A stretch of 63,187 nt of DNA, filler included, from Lenisia limosa (lineage: Eukaryota; Protista; Breviatea), in NCBI GenBank assembly GCA_001655205.1. It is 14 parts of 14 records of this genome, joined end to end, with 100 filler letters (N's around TTAATTAATTAA, not from the genome) between each part and the next. Parts side by side here need not be neighbours in the genome. Positions count along the whole stretch, not along the records: positions 37,996 to 39,831 come from LPNZ01005557.1; positions 39,932 to 42,160 come from LPNZ01005976.1; positions 42,261 to 44,409 come from LPNZ01006514.1; positions 44,510 to 46,653 come from LPNZ01007435.1; positions 46,754 to 47,883 come from LPNZ01001022.1; positions 47,984 to 50,182 come from LPNZ01009537.1; 8 more parts are not named here. The stretch is one strand, 5' to 3'. The translations under genes were made by a program, and so were the position numbers. The notes under the pieces are model-generated. The model had not been told where the DNA came from and ran no database searches. It was given only the letters and a program-made list of their open reading frames with translations. This document shows positions 38,001 to 50,282 of the stretch, in pieces (the first letter of the stretch is position 1; each line of letters starts with the position of its first letter).

Positions 38001-39831
38001 TTACCAAGAGGAAAAAGGCAATTGAGGGCTACTTTGTTGGTGTGTCAAAGGAGCTGCTTGTAACAAGGCATCTGGAAGTCTACCGAGCTCTCCATGATGA
38101 TGACATTAATAATGGTAAGGCGATATTCTTTGAATAATATCTTTAATACTCCAGCAAAGGAAAACTTTGAAAAAGACACTGAAATACCTTTAAAACCCAA
38201 AGCAATTGCGCAACTGAAAGGATACAAGGATAATGAAAAAATTTTGGAAAAGGTGGGTGGCTTGATCTTTTAGTGCATTTGGATGATTACAATGTCTCCT
38301 GATTATACTTAGGCTATTGCTGAAAAGAAGCCTCCTCCTCTTGGGTTCGCTGAGAAAACTGTAGAAATGCTGAGAAGTTCAACACCTCGTAGAAAACTCG
38401 ACAACTCCAGGGTAGTTCACTTCGACGAAATAGCCTTCATGATTGGAAAGTGGGAAGGTGTGAAGAACAAGCCGCTTGCATCTGCTATTTCCATGACAAA
38501 CCTGGATGGAAGGACAATCAAGGCGCCCATCATCATTGGAGGAGATGACATTCTTGAGAAGAGCCAACCTAGCACCCTTTGCGAGCTCGATATACCTAAG
38601 AAACCCAAGAAGACTGGGATAAAGTCTGTTGATGAATCCCTTGATACCTTTTCAAAAGATCCACTGCCAAACACTGACCTCTTCGTTCCTCCCGCTGATG
38701 CTTCCAAAGCTGCTTCTGATAATGGAATGGAACTCATTGGAGTTAACAAAAGCTCCTATTTCAAGTCTTCATCATTTCTCCATGCCCTCTCTCTCGTCTC
38801 CAAGCAGCTCAACTCATCTCCAGCAAACCCTGTTGTGATGGTGGGCGACGGTGCCAAGATTCATACTTCGGCAGAGGTTTGAGGAGTTCGTGTATTTATG
38901 AATGGATACAGGTAGTACTTACTATTACCAGAAACTCACGTGCCTAGGTTGCGTTACTCTCATTTGTTGAGTTTGGAATTATCTTAGCTATTGAACCAGC
39001 GTTTACGTCGCATTTCTTACAGGTATGCAATGGAATGGCTTGAGTTATTCAATTTCTTCATTAGCTCACCCTAATTTTCCAGGTTGCTGACTCATACTAT
39101 CATTCGATAGTCAACAAAAAACAAAAGCAATTGGTGACGGAATGGCTCATTACGAATTCGAGACGGTGAATGGGCTGCTTTCAACACCTGAATTACAAAC
39201 TCTATATTTACCAATATAACCCCTTTTAGTGACATGAGACCTCATGAAGTATCGGGCATTATCTCAAGGTCCCTTCAACACCCCAACTATGACACCATTC
39301 GAGCTTCGCAAAAGGCTTGTGGTTATACTGTTGATGGTTTTGATCCCAAGATCATAAACAGAACTGTTTACGAGAAGGGTTCTTATTACCGACCTATTGA
39401 CTACCCTGCTGTATCGCCCCCTTACCTCAACGCTCTCTTCACAACCACCAACACTCATGCACCCCCTGATTCTCCCAACTTGTATTTGCGAAGCCCTGCA
39501 GAACCAACATTCCTCGAGTCCCCTTCTATTCAGCAAACTGCCAACTTCCGTGCATCTATTCAGAAGCTGAAAGAGGACGGAAACTTGGCTTGTGAACAAG
39601 CATTAGCTCTCCGAGCACGTGAATTCTTAACAAGCGATCCATCAACATCTGAGCTTTGTACCCCGCAAGAGATATCTTTCTTGGAAGGTGCCGCAGCAAC
39701 CTTAGCGGCAACGTCAGTCCGAAACCTGCAAGCCTTCAAATCGGCCCGATTGATCTCTAGATCAGTTGTTGAGAATGATCAGCACCGAGAACTTCTCGAC
39801 CGAGTGGTAATAAGAGCCTGTGAGGTTGGAC
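38001..39831 (+). mobile_element. Intron-containing DDE transposase of the Tc1/mariner superfamily, pogo/Fot1 (DDE_1)-like, DD36D, reading frame open; partial at both ends
   Basis: Removing GT-AG introns 38115-38154, 38253-38312, 38877-38947, 39023-39082 and 39166-39229 gives a stop-free ORF. It reads VVHFDEIAF (D1), AISMTNLDGRTIKAPIIIG, SYFKSSSFLHAL, VMVGDGAKIHTSAE|VALLSFVEFGIILAIEPAFTSHFLQ|VAD (D2, D3) and IRASQKACG, matching the pogo motifs N-DETG, NAxG..PLxIG, ILDGHxSH, LPPxTTxxLQPLD and I..F...G. Confidence 0.85.
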
Positions 39832-39931
39832 NNNNNNNNNNNNNNNNNNNNNNNNNNNNNNNNNNNNNNNNNNNNTTAATTAATTAANNNNNNNNNNNNN
39901 NNNNNNNNNNNNNNNNNNNNNNNNNNNNNNN

Positions 39932-41887
39932 CGACTTCCGAGTCATCTCCCTTGGCCACGTCAGCAACACGCACGCCGCCGCATCTGGGTTTGTTAATCT
40001 GTTGCTGATAGTAGACCAATCTACCTGGGTGGAATCCTCTTACAAAGGGTTTAAAAGCCAGTTAGGTAAAAATAAAAAGTCTTAAATGCCTTTTAAATGG
40101 GCTTGTCTAATAATAGGGTGGCTCTTTTGATTTTTTAATTTTGTTCATAAATATACTACTTTTTAAACTACAGACGCTGCCACCCCCTTTTTAGAAGAGT
40201 GGTTTATTTAATATTTATTCCCATTGCTGAATGCATACCCCATGCTAGGTTATCCCCACCCCCCCATACCTTTCCATCGCAACATCACATCTAAGACCGA
40301 AGCTAGCCCAATGCTCCTTGTAAGCCCTTCGTCCCAGGCCAAAGACGGAGAATTCCACGCCTGGAGAGGGAGAGTGAAATGGAAAACTTATGCAACAAAA
40401 CCCCCAAAATCGTCTCTATTGGCTGACAGCACACGAGGGTTGATATCAACAAAACAAAGCCCATGCCAGTCACTTATGCAGCACAGCATCCCATCAAGTT
40501 ATACAGTATATCAAAAACAAAGACGACAATGGTCTTGTGGAACACACGGGTCAAAATTGACATCAACTAGAGCTTGCTTCAATTGGTTTTAAAATACAGG
40601 TAAAATGTGATAGTTTTCGAGGATTTATGAAAAACAATCTTGCTGTAACTAGGCCTTCACTTTGGTTCGAAAAAAACTTGGGAAAATAACTATAGTGTTT
40701 TCGAGGATTTATCGAGACATTCAGTCTTTGTTCATAGTTGTGCCCGAAAGTGAAGCCTTTGCATACTTTTGAAGTTAGGGCTGGAGGTCTTGAACAACTG
40801 GTCAAGAATTACACCAGAATCAGGAGCGTCACCTTCGCCTTGAGTGGCCACTATAAGAGCGACTCGAGATTCTTTGCCAAGCACTTTCTAAGGAAGTCAA
40901 TGAAATTGTATCATAAATTTTGTCCCATTATTTAACTCCATATCTTTATCAATCGAGACTTTGCAAAAACTCTTTTTGGAAATGTATATGATTTGGTTGT
41001 GACTACTACAATAAAAAATAGTGGTTCTCAAAATGTAGTGGTTATACCCTCCAAACCAAGTCATATTTTGAGAAGTTCGTGGCAACCGCATTGAACCCTT
41101 GGCTACGAGCGTCGCTCACAAATCTGGGACTTGTTAAGGGGAAAGCGGTGAAGTCGTTGTAGTGCACTGATTAGGGCTTCTGTTCAGTCGGAAGACTGAA
41201 TTTCTCTACACTTTCTCGAAAACTATCGATGTTCTACCAGTCTTTTTCGGGCTGAAGTTAAACTCACAACGTATATCAGTTATAAATATGGCTTCACTCC
41301 GACTATACAAATGATAAATACAAAATAAGGTTGTATCTGGCCGAAACCGTCCACACCATCACNNNNNNNNNNNNNNNNNNNNNNNNNNNNNNNNNNNNNN
41401 NNNNNNNNNNNNNNNNNNNNNNNNNNNNNNNNNNNNNNNNNNNNNNNNNNNTATCATTATTTCAATAGTTTTAGGATGGTTTTTTATTTAAAGAGCGTCA
41501 CTTTCAGTTCCAGAAAAAGAATGAATTCTTGATACATTCTCAATAAATATCGATATTTTGTCAGTCTTTTGGAACCAAAAGTGACACTCCAGTTTTTTAG
41601 CACCCGAGTGAAGCCCTAGTTATTATATTCACCCAGGGCGCTCGCCTATAGGACAATCTAGGTTGTTGTATAATATTCTTTGCTTGTATGATTTATGTAA
41701 TGATGATACGTAGGTTTTCTTCGAAAAATAACAGTAAAATATCGATTGTTTTCGAGAATTTATCAAGAAATTCAGTCTTTTTTCGAACCGAAGTGAATCC
41801 CTAATTCTACGGGAAGGAGAAGAGACAAGAGCCTCTCACCTCTTGGCGTATTCCTCAGCAGTGCCGGTTTGAGTGGAGTATAGGACT
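39932..41887 (-). CDS. Diflavin reductase FMN-binding (flavodoxin-like) domain, NADPH-cytochrome P450 reductase-like, partial
   Basis: Spliced exons read VLYSTQTGTAEEYAKR|FVSDARSQGFNAVATNFSKYDL|KVLGKESRVALIVATQGEGDAPDSGVILDQLFKTSSPNFKS|GVEFSVFGLGRRAYKEHWASFGLRCDVAMER|CGGVRVADVAKGDDSEV. All three FMN-binding motifs of the CPR family are present. The paralogue (CPR, NDOR1, TYW1 or PNO) cannot be fixed without the C-terminus. Confidence 0.88.
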
Positions 41888-41939
41888 CTGAGAGGGGGAT
41901 TGGTGGTATCGTCACACTGAAGGTGTTAGCTGTTATTTA

Positions 41940-41991
41940 GAAATAAAAAAATGATAATATATCTAAACGAAGCCGTTCACACCATCACGCT
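41940..41991 (-). repeat. Repeat family F, ~60-70 nt: GCGTGATGGTGTGGACGGCTTCGGCCAGATA...TTTTATTTCTCATTTCTA
   Basis: Copies at ~41330-41362(-), 41940-41991(-), 48800-48852(-), 48964-49010(+), 50017-50105(+, two) and 58860-58915(+). Confidence 0.75.
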
Positions 41992-42586
41992 TATATATAG
42001 AGATGAGAAGTAAGAATGTTAATATAGAGATGAGAAATAAAATAAAGTTATATCATCACGCTATATTTATACTACAATAAAGGTTTTACCAGGTTAATAC
42101 CCTCATTAACCCCCCCCTTCCCCGGAAACTATCGATATTTCACCGGTCTTTTTCGAATTGNNNNNNNNNNNNNNNNNNNNNNNNNNNNNNNNNNNNNNNN
42201 NNNNTTAATTAATTAANNNNNNNNNNNNNNNNNNNNNNNNNNNNNNNNNNNNNNNNNNNNAGCCGATGGTTGCATGAATTTTGTAGTCACTTAAATCTGT
42301 ACCCTACCGAATAATGTTTTTGTTACGTTTTGTTTTATACAGTAAAGTCTCTATGAAACTAAGATCATAAAGATACAGTCTCTACTGACTAAGAACATAA
42401 AGATAAAGTCTCTATTGAAACTAGGGTGTAATACTAAATACCAACATAAAATGAATTGCTTAATAACATACCACTCCACCTTGGCCATTTATCCCCCCCC
42501 CCCCACNNNNNNNNNNNNNNNNNNNNNNNNNNNNNNNNNNNNNNNNNNNNNNNNNNNNNNNNNNNNNNNNNNNNNNNNNNNNNNNN

Positions 42587-44337
42587 GACATCCCTCTTTT
42601 CAATGTCATTCCACTCTTCAAGGACACGCTTCTCCAGCGATTTCCTGTGTTGTTAAGTGAGCAAAGAGTAAAAATTGGTGTTGAAAAAGGTTTACTCTTG
42701 AATAGCGTAATAATGTACTCAAATAGATCGGCAAATATTGGCATTTCTCCATGATTTATCAAGAGATTTAGTATTGTCATTGGCCATTGTGAAGAGATAC
42801 CAATAATCATAAAACAGTTAAAAACAACATGTTTGTGAATGGCAAGTGCGGAAAGAAACACGGAACAATGCCTTCACCTCGTTCCGGAAAAGCGGGCGCA
42901 ATATCGATATTTATCAAGAACTTATCGATAATTTCAGTCAGTTTGCCGAATTTAGAGAAGCCCAAAACACAGCCCGTCTAACTTGGTCCATTTGGAGTCG
43001 GTCCAGAACTTGAGAGTGGATTGGTAAGGATGGAAGTTGCACTGAGTGGGGAACAGCATTCCAACTGATGATACCTTATTCGAGGCTTCGTACACCTTTG
43101 AAAGTAACAATAGAATGTTATTATTAGGGCTTCCCTCCGGTCCGAAAAAGACCGGTCAAATATCGATATCTATCGAGGATTTATCGAGAAGTTAAGTCTT
43201 CCCTAGGTATTATATCTTTCAACTGAAGCTTCACATCAGTCCGCATTTCTGGATAAATCCTCGAAAACATCCAGATTTCATCAATCATTTTCAGACCAAA
43301 GTGATTCCCTGCTTTCAACAGGAACAACTTTCAACAGGAAAAAATATCTTTCATTCATCACAATCATCAGTTAAAATAAAACCTTCCTTATACTCGCCGG
43401 AGTACCTACCAGTGCTTCTGGGAAGTTGTCTGTGTCTCTTTGAAGAATAATATCTCTAAAACCTAGAGGAGAGGGGTCAGTTATACATATATGAACAACG
43501 CTTAATAAAAAACAATATTCAATATATGGTTTTTCCTAGTTCAACAAATAAGAGTGTTCCTCAAAAAGATCGGCAAATTATTGACATATACATAATTACA
43601 TATTATAATATATCATATATCGATATGAATTTAATATATTTATATTGATATATAGTATATATGTATATATATCATATATAGTATATATATTTGATACATA
43701 TATTACTTAGATATACAGTGCCTTCTCGAGAAGGGCTTGATGTAGGGCTTCACTTCAGTTCAAAAAAGACTGGTAATACAGTATATCGATAGTTTTCGAG
43801 GATTTATCGAGAAGTTCATTCTTTTTTCGAACCAAAGTGAAGCCCTATCGAGAAGGGCTCAAACCAACCGGGTCGGACTCTGAGGTTGTGCGCCGCCATG
43901 TCTTCAAGGATTGTGGAAGTGGCGTTGAAGCCAATTCGCGTCATGTAACGCATGAAGCCCGTGGAGTCTTGTTCCTATTGGAGGTAAAATTGGAAATTTA
44001 TGAAGCAAATAAAGACTCCTATTGGGGATAAAATTGGATATTTGTGGAATAAAAAAAGCCCAAAATCAACTCTGTTGGCAAATAGCACACACGAGGGTTG
44101 AGAATCAACAAAACAAAGCCCAGACCAGTCGCTTCTTAAGCACCACATCCATTATGTCAAAAAAAAAAAAACCAAAATCAACTCTTCTATAAGGAGTGAA
44201 TAATTGGCAAATTTACGCAACAAACACATATGTAAGTTGGAAAGATTTCCAAAAGTGGTCCAAACGGAGGCTGTCTAACTAACTTTTTGAGCGTAAGTTC
44301 CGACGTCAAAATTGGGTTCTTCGGAAAGGAAGAAAAC
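42587..44337 (-). CDS. Hypothetical protein fragment, multi-exon
   Basis: In-frame exon chain VFFLSEEPNFDVGTYAQK|EQDSTGFMRYMTRIGFNATSTILEDMAAHNLRVRP|DNFPEAL|VYEASNK|CNFHPYQSTLKFWTDSKWTKLDGL, plus KSLEKRVLEEWNDIEKRDV. Family not recognised. Confidence 0.6.
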
Positions 44338-45393
44338 CTGCAATAATCAGAGGCACTCGATCAATACATTGCGACGATTGCTAAGGGTGGTCCAATACAT
44401 ACATATATANNNNNNNNNNNNNNNNNNNNNNNNNNNNNNNNNNNNNNNNNNNNTTAATTAATTAANNNNNNNNNNNNNNNNNNNNNNNNNNNNNNNNNNN
44501 NNNNNNNNNCAGAGATTTCTTACGGTCCCAAAAAAGATTTAAAACCTCGATAAATACTGGTCTTTTTTTGGATTACAAGGAAGCCCTAAATCACATCTAT
44601 TTCAAAGGTGACGCTTTACAGAAAGCTAAGTTATTTGTGATTGCGGGCTTTTTTTTTGTTTCATAAATAATATACCTCTCCCCCTCTCGGAGTGGTGAGA
44701 TGCGGTGCTNNNNNNNNNNNNNNNNNNNNNNNNNNNNNNNNNNNNNNNNNNNNNNNNNNNNNNNNNNNNNNNNNNNNNNNNNNNNNNNNNNNNNNNNNNN
44801 NNNNNNNNNNNNNNNNNNNNNNNNNNNNNNNNNNNNNNNNNNNNNNNNNNNNNNNNNNNNNNNNNNNNNNNNNNNNNNNNNNNNNNNNNNNNNGACACCC
44901 AGATTTTGTATTTAAAAAATAAGTCAAATTTCACCCCTCTCCCCCCCTGTGTTTTTTTTTGCAAAAATTGTTTCACTTGGCTCGGTTCGATTTCGGTATT
45001 TTTACCGAACTGAAAGGAACCGAAGTGAAACAATACAGTCAACAGGGTTGATTTTGGGCATCTTTGTTTCACGCATTCCCAACAGAGTTGATTTGGGCTT
45101 TTTTATTTCATATAGTACNNNNNNNNNNNNNNNNNNNNNNNNNNNNNNNNNNNNNNNNNNNNNNNNNNNNNNNNNNNNNNNNNNNNNNNNNNNNNNNNNN
45201 NNNNNNNNNNNNNNNNNNNNNNNNNNNNNNNNNNTTTTAAAAATGTTTTTGATTTTGATTTTGTTTTTTTTTAAAATTATTTTGCATTATTGGCCCGTTT
45301 CTTTGAAATGTTATCTCCCACTTCTTAACCCTTTTACTTTCTGTCCGACTCCTCTATGGCCTTTTATGGTAACTCTCGACTTTTGACCCAATT

Positions 45394-46530
45394 CAGGACT
45401 GCGCCACCGGTTATTGCAACTCCACCGGAATGGTGAAGCCCCTACTTGTCAGGGGGGAAACGAACTATACAAATAATGCAATGATTAGAGCTAGATTTGG
45501 AAGATAGAGGCACTAGGGTTGTTAATTGTTTTTTTTTTTGTGGGGGGTGGGTGGGTTGTGAAGGATCTTAAAGCAGGCCGCTAAACCAGAATAAAACCTC
45601 GGAGGAGTGTAAGGATTTCGCCATGGGTTTGAGGAACAGCTTTTGGCACTTTTGACCAAAATTCATGATTTGTTAAGATTACGTAATGGATCAAAACCAC
45701 ATATTTCATATTACATTTTTTTTTTTTTATACATATTACAATTTTTTTTTTNNNNNNNNNNNNNNNNNNNNNNNNNNNNNNNNNNNNNNNNNNNNNNNNN
45801 NNNNNNNNNNNNNNNNNNNNNNNNNNNNNNNNNNNNNNNNNNNNNNNNNNNNNNNNNNNNTAAATACTCTAGTAATCCTTCTTTTTATTCCCTTTTTCAA
45901 CAGAGTTGATTGTTGTTTCTTTTTTGCGTTGTTTTTTTTCCGTTGTTACTCCCTAGTGTCCTGCATATTCATCCGCTGCAGCACCATATGAGCAAATCAC
46001 AGATTGGTAAGTGAAACAAATTTGAGATTTGGGGAGGAGGGGGGGGGAGTGTGCATACCTTGTTTTATCTAAACGTTTTTCTTACTCTTTATTTAAGGAT
46101 ACTTGGATTGGTTGTATCTGGTTAGCAGTCATTATTTCATACAACTTTCGATTTACCCCCCCCCCCCCNNNNNNNNNNNNNNNNNNNNNNNNNNNNNNNN
46201 NNNNNNNNNNNNNNNNNNNNNNNNNNNNNNNNNNNNNNNNNNNNNNNNNNNNNNNNNNNNNNNNNNNNNNNNNNNNNNNNNNNNNNNNNNNNNNNNNNNN
46301 NNNNNNNNNNNNNNNNNNNNNNNNNNNNNNNNNNNNNNNNNNNNNNNNNNNNNNNNNNNNNNNNNNNNNNNNNNNNNNNNNNNNNNACTCCCAGCCAATG
46401 TTCACTGGGACGCGAAATGACGGCTGATTTTGCGTGTGAGCGCTGCGTGTCTGGTACGTTCTACAATGCCTCTGGCTGCTTCGTGTGTCCGGACAACACC
46501 TATTCCTACGGCATCGACGCATGTAATGAT
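45394..46530 (+). CDS. Cysteine-rich surface/secreted protein fragment with GCC2/GCC3 (ephrin-receptor-like) repeat
   Basis: Exon ~46394-46530 reads QCSLGREMTADFACERCVSGTFYNASGCFVCPDNTYSYGIDACND|gtaggg. Upstream exon DCATGYCNSTGM lies at ~45394-45430. Confidence 0.7.
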
Positions 46531-46994
46531 GTAGGGGGCTTTGTAGGCTATATAGTCTGAGAAAGTCAATAGCTTTCTTTGTTTCATTCATCATGTTTGT
46601 TATTTTTGTTTGGAATTTCAGATTATTTGGTTGAAATGTCCTTCAATTTGCTCNNNNNNNNNNNNNNNNNNNNNNNNNNNNNNNNNNNNNNNNNNNNTTA
46701 ATTAATTAANNNNNNNNNNNNNNNNNNNNNNNNNNNNNNNNNNNNNNNNNNNNCCGGCCTGGGGAGTTCGTCCTGCTTAATTAGAGTTTCATAGCATGGT
46801 TCTAGCATATTCATAGCATGTTAATAGTATATTTCAAGTACGTTCATAGCATATTCCTAGCATGTTCACAGCATGTTCGTCCTGTTTAATTAGGGAATAC
46901 GGGAGGGGGAGGTAAGGAGGGAGAAGGGTAAGAACAACAACAAAAAATGGGATACTACTCCTGACGGTGCTGGGTTTTTTGTCAATATCACCTC

Positions 46995-47385
46995 CATTAA
47001 TATCATCAGCAAAAACATAATAATAATAATAATAATCATCATCATCATCATTATCACCATCATCATCAGCAAAAACATAATCATCATCATCACCACATCA
47101 TCATATCACCATCATCATCATCATCACCATCATCATCAGCAAAAACATAATCATCATCATCACCACATCATATCACCATCATCATCATCATCATCATATA
47201 ACCATCATCATCGTCATCACCATCATCATCAGCAAAAACATAATCATCATCATCACCACATCATCATATCACCATCATCATCAGCAAAAACATAATCATC
47301 ATCATCACCATCATCATCAGCAAAAACATAATCATCACCATCAACACATCATCATATCACTATCATCAACATCATCATCACAATC
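46995..47385. repeat. Compound ATC microsatellite with higher-order unit marked by CAGCAAAAACATAA (6 copies)
   Basis: The marker occurs at 47007, 47067, 47137, 47230, 47282 and 47318, embedded in (ATC)n/CACC. Confidence 0.93.
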
Positions 47386-47400
47386 CACCACAACCAACCA

Positions 47401-47535
47401 TTTTTAGCGAATTGTTTCCAGGCTCTATCAAGAGAGAAGTTTCTTGATGTTTTGAACAAGGACTTCACCTGTCCGTGCTTGTAGGTCCCATGTGTAATGA
47501 GAATTCGTCCCGGCTGAACGGTCATTGGGTATTCT
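47401..47535 (-). CDS. Isolated candidate exon of unknown protein
   Basis: aag|..YPMTVQPGRILITHGTYKHGQVKSLFKTSRNFSLDRAWKQFAKN|gttggt. Confidence 0.3.
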
Positions 47536-47675
47536 TAGTAAAATCCTGATGAAATCGGTGGTTAAAACGTCTTTCCCAGAAAAATTAATACCCGTCCCCC
47601 GTCCCCTCTTGTATGGACAATTTGATTAATTTGATTAATCCCCAACAGTTTGATTAATTCCCAATAAAACCTCGA

Positions 47676-47883
47676 TAAATATCGATATTTTGCTTGTTTC
47701 CCAATTTCAATAAATACCGATATTTTGCTTGTTTCCCAATTTCAATAAATACCGATATTTTGCTTGTTTACCTATTTCAATAAATACCGATATTTTGCTT
47801 GTTTCCCTATTTCAATAAATACTGATATTTTGCTTGTTTCCCTATTTCAATAAATACCGATATTTTGCTTGTTTCCCTATTTC
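47676..47883. repeat. 35-bp tandem repeat x6 (minisatellite), cut by scaffold end
   Basis: taaataccgatattttgcttgtttccc(a/t)atttcaa at 47676, 47711, 47746, 47781, 47816 and 47851, with no spacers. Confidence 0.96.
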
Positions 47884-48422
47884 NNNNNNNNNNNNNNNNN
47901 NNNNNNNNNNNNNNNNNNNNNNNNNNNTTAATTAATTAANNNNNNNNNNNNNNNNNNNNNNNNNNNNNNNNNNNNNNNNNNNNCCTACTGCAACTTCTAC
48001 ATCATATGCCTACCCCCAAAGCCTCCCCACGACACAGTACATATCAACATTTTTGTTTTTTTAATCTCAGAAAACTCCACCTTTACCCTCGTTTTATTGC
48101 TTTATTGGTATTTTGATTATGTTTGCACATATGTATACCCCTTCACTTCGGTCCAAAAAGACACTGAAGTTCTCAAATCCTTGAAACCTGTCGATATTCC
48201 ATCCAAAAGACTAAATATCTCAATAAATCCTCGAAAACTATCGATATTCTACATTTTTGGAATCAACCTCAACCCTCGTGTGTTGTATTTGTTTTGTTTC
48301 ATAATTTTTCCGATTTTACAATGTTTAATCACCCATGTTATGATTATTATNNNNNNNNNNNNNNNNNNNNNNNNNNNNNNNNNNNNNNNNNNNNNNNNNN
48401 NNNNNNNNNNNNNNNNNNNNNN

Positions 48423-49361
48423 TGCCAATTTGTGCCGTACTTCTTGTCAAGGTTTTCTTTCACAAAACGAGCGGCACTCTAAGAGAGGTAAATCGAACGC
48501 TTAGTTTTACGACTGGGGCTTCCCTAAGGTGAAAAACTGGTAAAATATCGATATTTATCGAGGAATTCTAGGGAAATGCAGTGTTTTTTGTGACCGCCCT
48601 AGGTATGACAAAAAAACAACCCAAAATCAACTCTCTTGGCTAAACATTTGCGAAATACACGAGGGTTGAAAACAACAAAACAACCACAGAGGGGTGAAGA
48701 AAAATTTATTGAACAACTTTTTGAATCCAAGGATAAAAAAAAACAAAGGGATATCATATCATCAAAAATATCTCATCTACCATATATACAGTGTTTTTAG
48801 AGATGAGAAAAAACAAGGTTACATCTGGTTGAAGCCGTCCACACCATCACGCTGTTTATTATGATTCACGCAATCATTTGCCATACAACTCTGTGAACAT
48901 AGCTTGCTGCGTGCCTCCCCAGCATAAATTCGTCTACACTCCTTATAATCCAAATCTCTTAAAAGCGTGACGGTGTGGACGGCTACAACCTTGTTTTATT
49001 TCTCATTCCGTTTAACTTTTTTGAGTGTCATTCGTTTTACCAAAGTTGTCATTCGTTTTAACACACGATGCCTTAAAGTGACACTCACCCCCTCCATAAA
49101 GATGGTGGGGCAGAAGCCAAGAAGAAGTGCCAATAGACGAGCCAAGGATATTGCGGGCGCACCCCTCTGATCAACACCCCCACTTCGTAATTCGCTGGAA
49201 ACTTCTCAACTGCCGTCACAACCGTCTCCACAGCTTCTGCTCTCATCTCCTCGTTCATATCACAGTTCTATAAGGTTAGTACGGGTGACAGAGCATCATA
49301 CCATCACAAGCGGATAATTCATCTGTTTTCTGATATCTGCCTCCTTCTTTTCTTCTGACAT
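48423..49361 (-). CDS. DNAL4: Axonemal dynein light chain 4 (LC8 family), 3' partial
   Basis: Exons read MSEEKKEADIRKQMNYPLVM|NCDMNEEMRAEAVETVVTAVEKFPANYE|SAARFVKENLDKKYGTNW, which matches DNAL4 (PLVRHSDMPEEMRVE...SAAKMIKETMDKKFGSSWH). Confidence 0.9.
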
Positions 49362-50282
49362 GTTGAAATACGTTTTAGAAATAAAAGCAAAGAGAAAGAG
49401 ACGAAAAGACACGAAAAGAGTTTGTGTTAACAATTAATATGGGGGTTCGAACGGTCAAACTAGATTTGTCCTACTTTTGCCCCTTTCCCCTTCCCCTTTC
49501 TCCAGATTTCCTCTCTTTATACGTATTAAAGTCAATAAAACAATTTCACTCACCTAAAATCCCCGGAACTTTCATCATCACAACTGCCGCCCCTATTCCT
49601 TATCTTCGAGCTGGGACAGACGATAGTAAGATAGTTTGTGTGCTGTTCATCTGACCAATTGGCCCAATCTCGACGTACAAAGGTGTGGGGCTACTTTGGT
49701 GGTGGTACATCTCATTTGAAATATTGGCTGTGTGTTTGTCAGATGAGTTGTCGTTTTGGAATGTTTGGAACCTTATGTTAAGGCCCGTGCCATGAATTTT
49801 TTGAGAAAATAATTCACAAAATTTGAAATTAAAGTGACTGAAATGGGGTTCTCGTCACAATACGTTCCACGACAAATTTTAAAAAGTAACTAACATACTG
49901 TTGAAGGCCCGTATATTGTCAGCCAACAGAGTTGATTTTGTGCCTTTTTTTTTTGTTTTAGAAATTGTCTAATTTACCCCCCCCTCCCCCAGACCAGGTG
50001 TGCGAGCATTCTCCTGAGTGATCACGGCTTCGGCCAGATATTATTCCTTTTTATTTTTCATTTCTACATTTGCATAAGGTGTTAACGGCTTCAGCCAGAT
50101 ACTTCTTTGTCGTTTTTCTTTTCTATATATCATATATTATATAACCAGGCCTCTATCCCTGTATCTTACCCCCAGGTAAGAANNNNNNNNNNNNNNNNNN
50201 NNNNNNNNNNNNNNNNNNNNNNNNNNTTAATTAATTAANNNNNNNNNNNNNNNNNNNNNNNNNNNNNNNNNNNNNNNNNNNN

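Noticed and set aside
47676-47883. 35-bp repeats as a CRISPR array
   Set aside because: The repeats are head-to-tail with no unique spacers, there are no cas genes, and the context is eukaryotic.
49600-50182. Plus-strand gene start divergent from DNAL4
   Set aside because: Only tiny candidate exons (DELSFWNVWNL, DQVCEHSPE) with no start codon or recognisable product, too weak to list as a feature.
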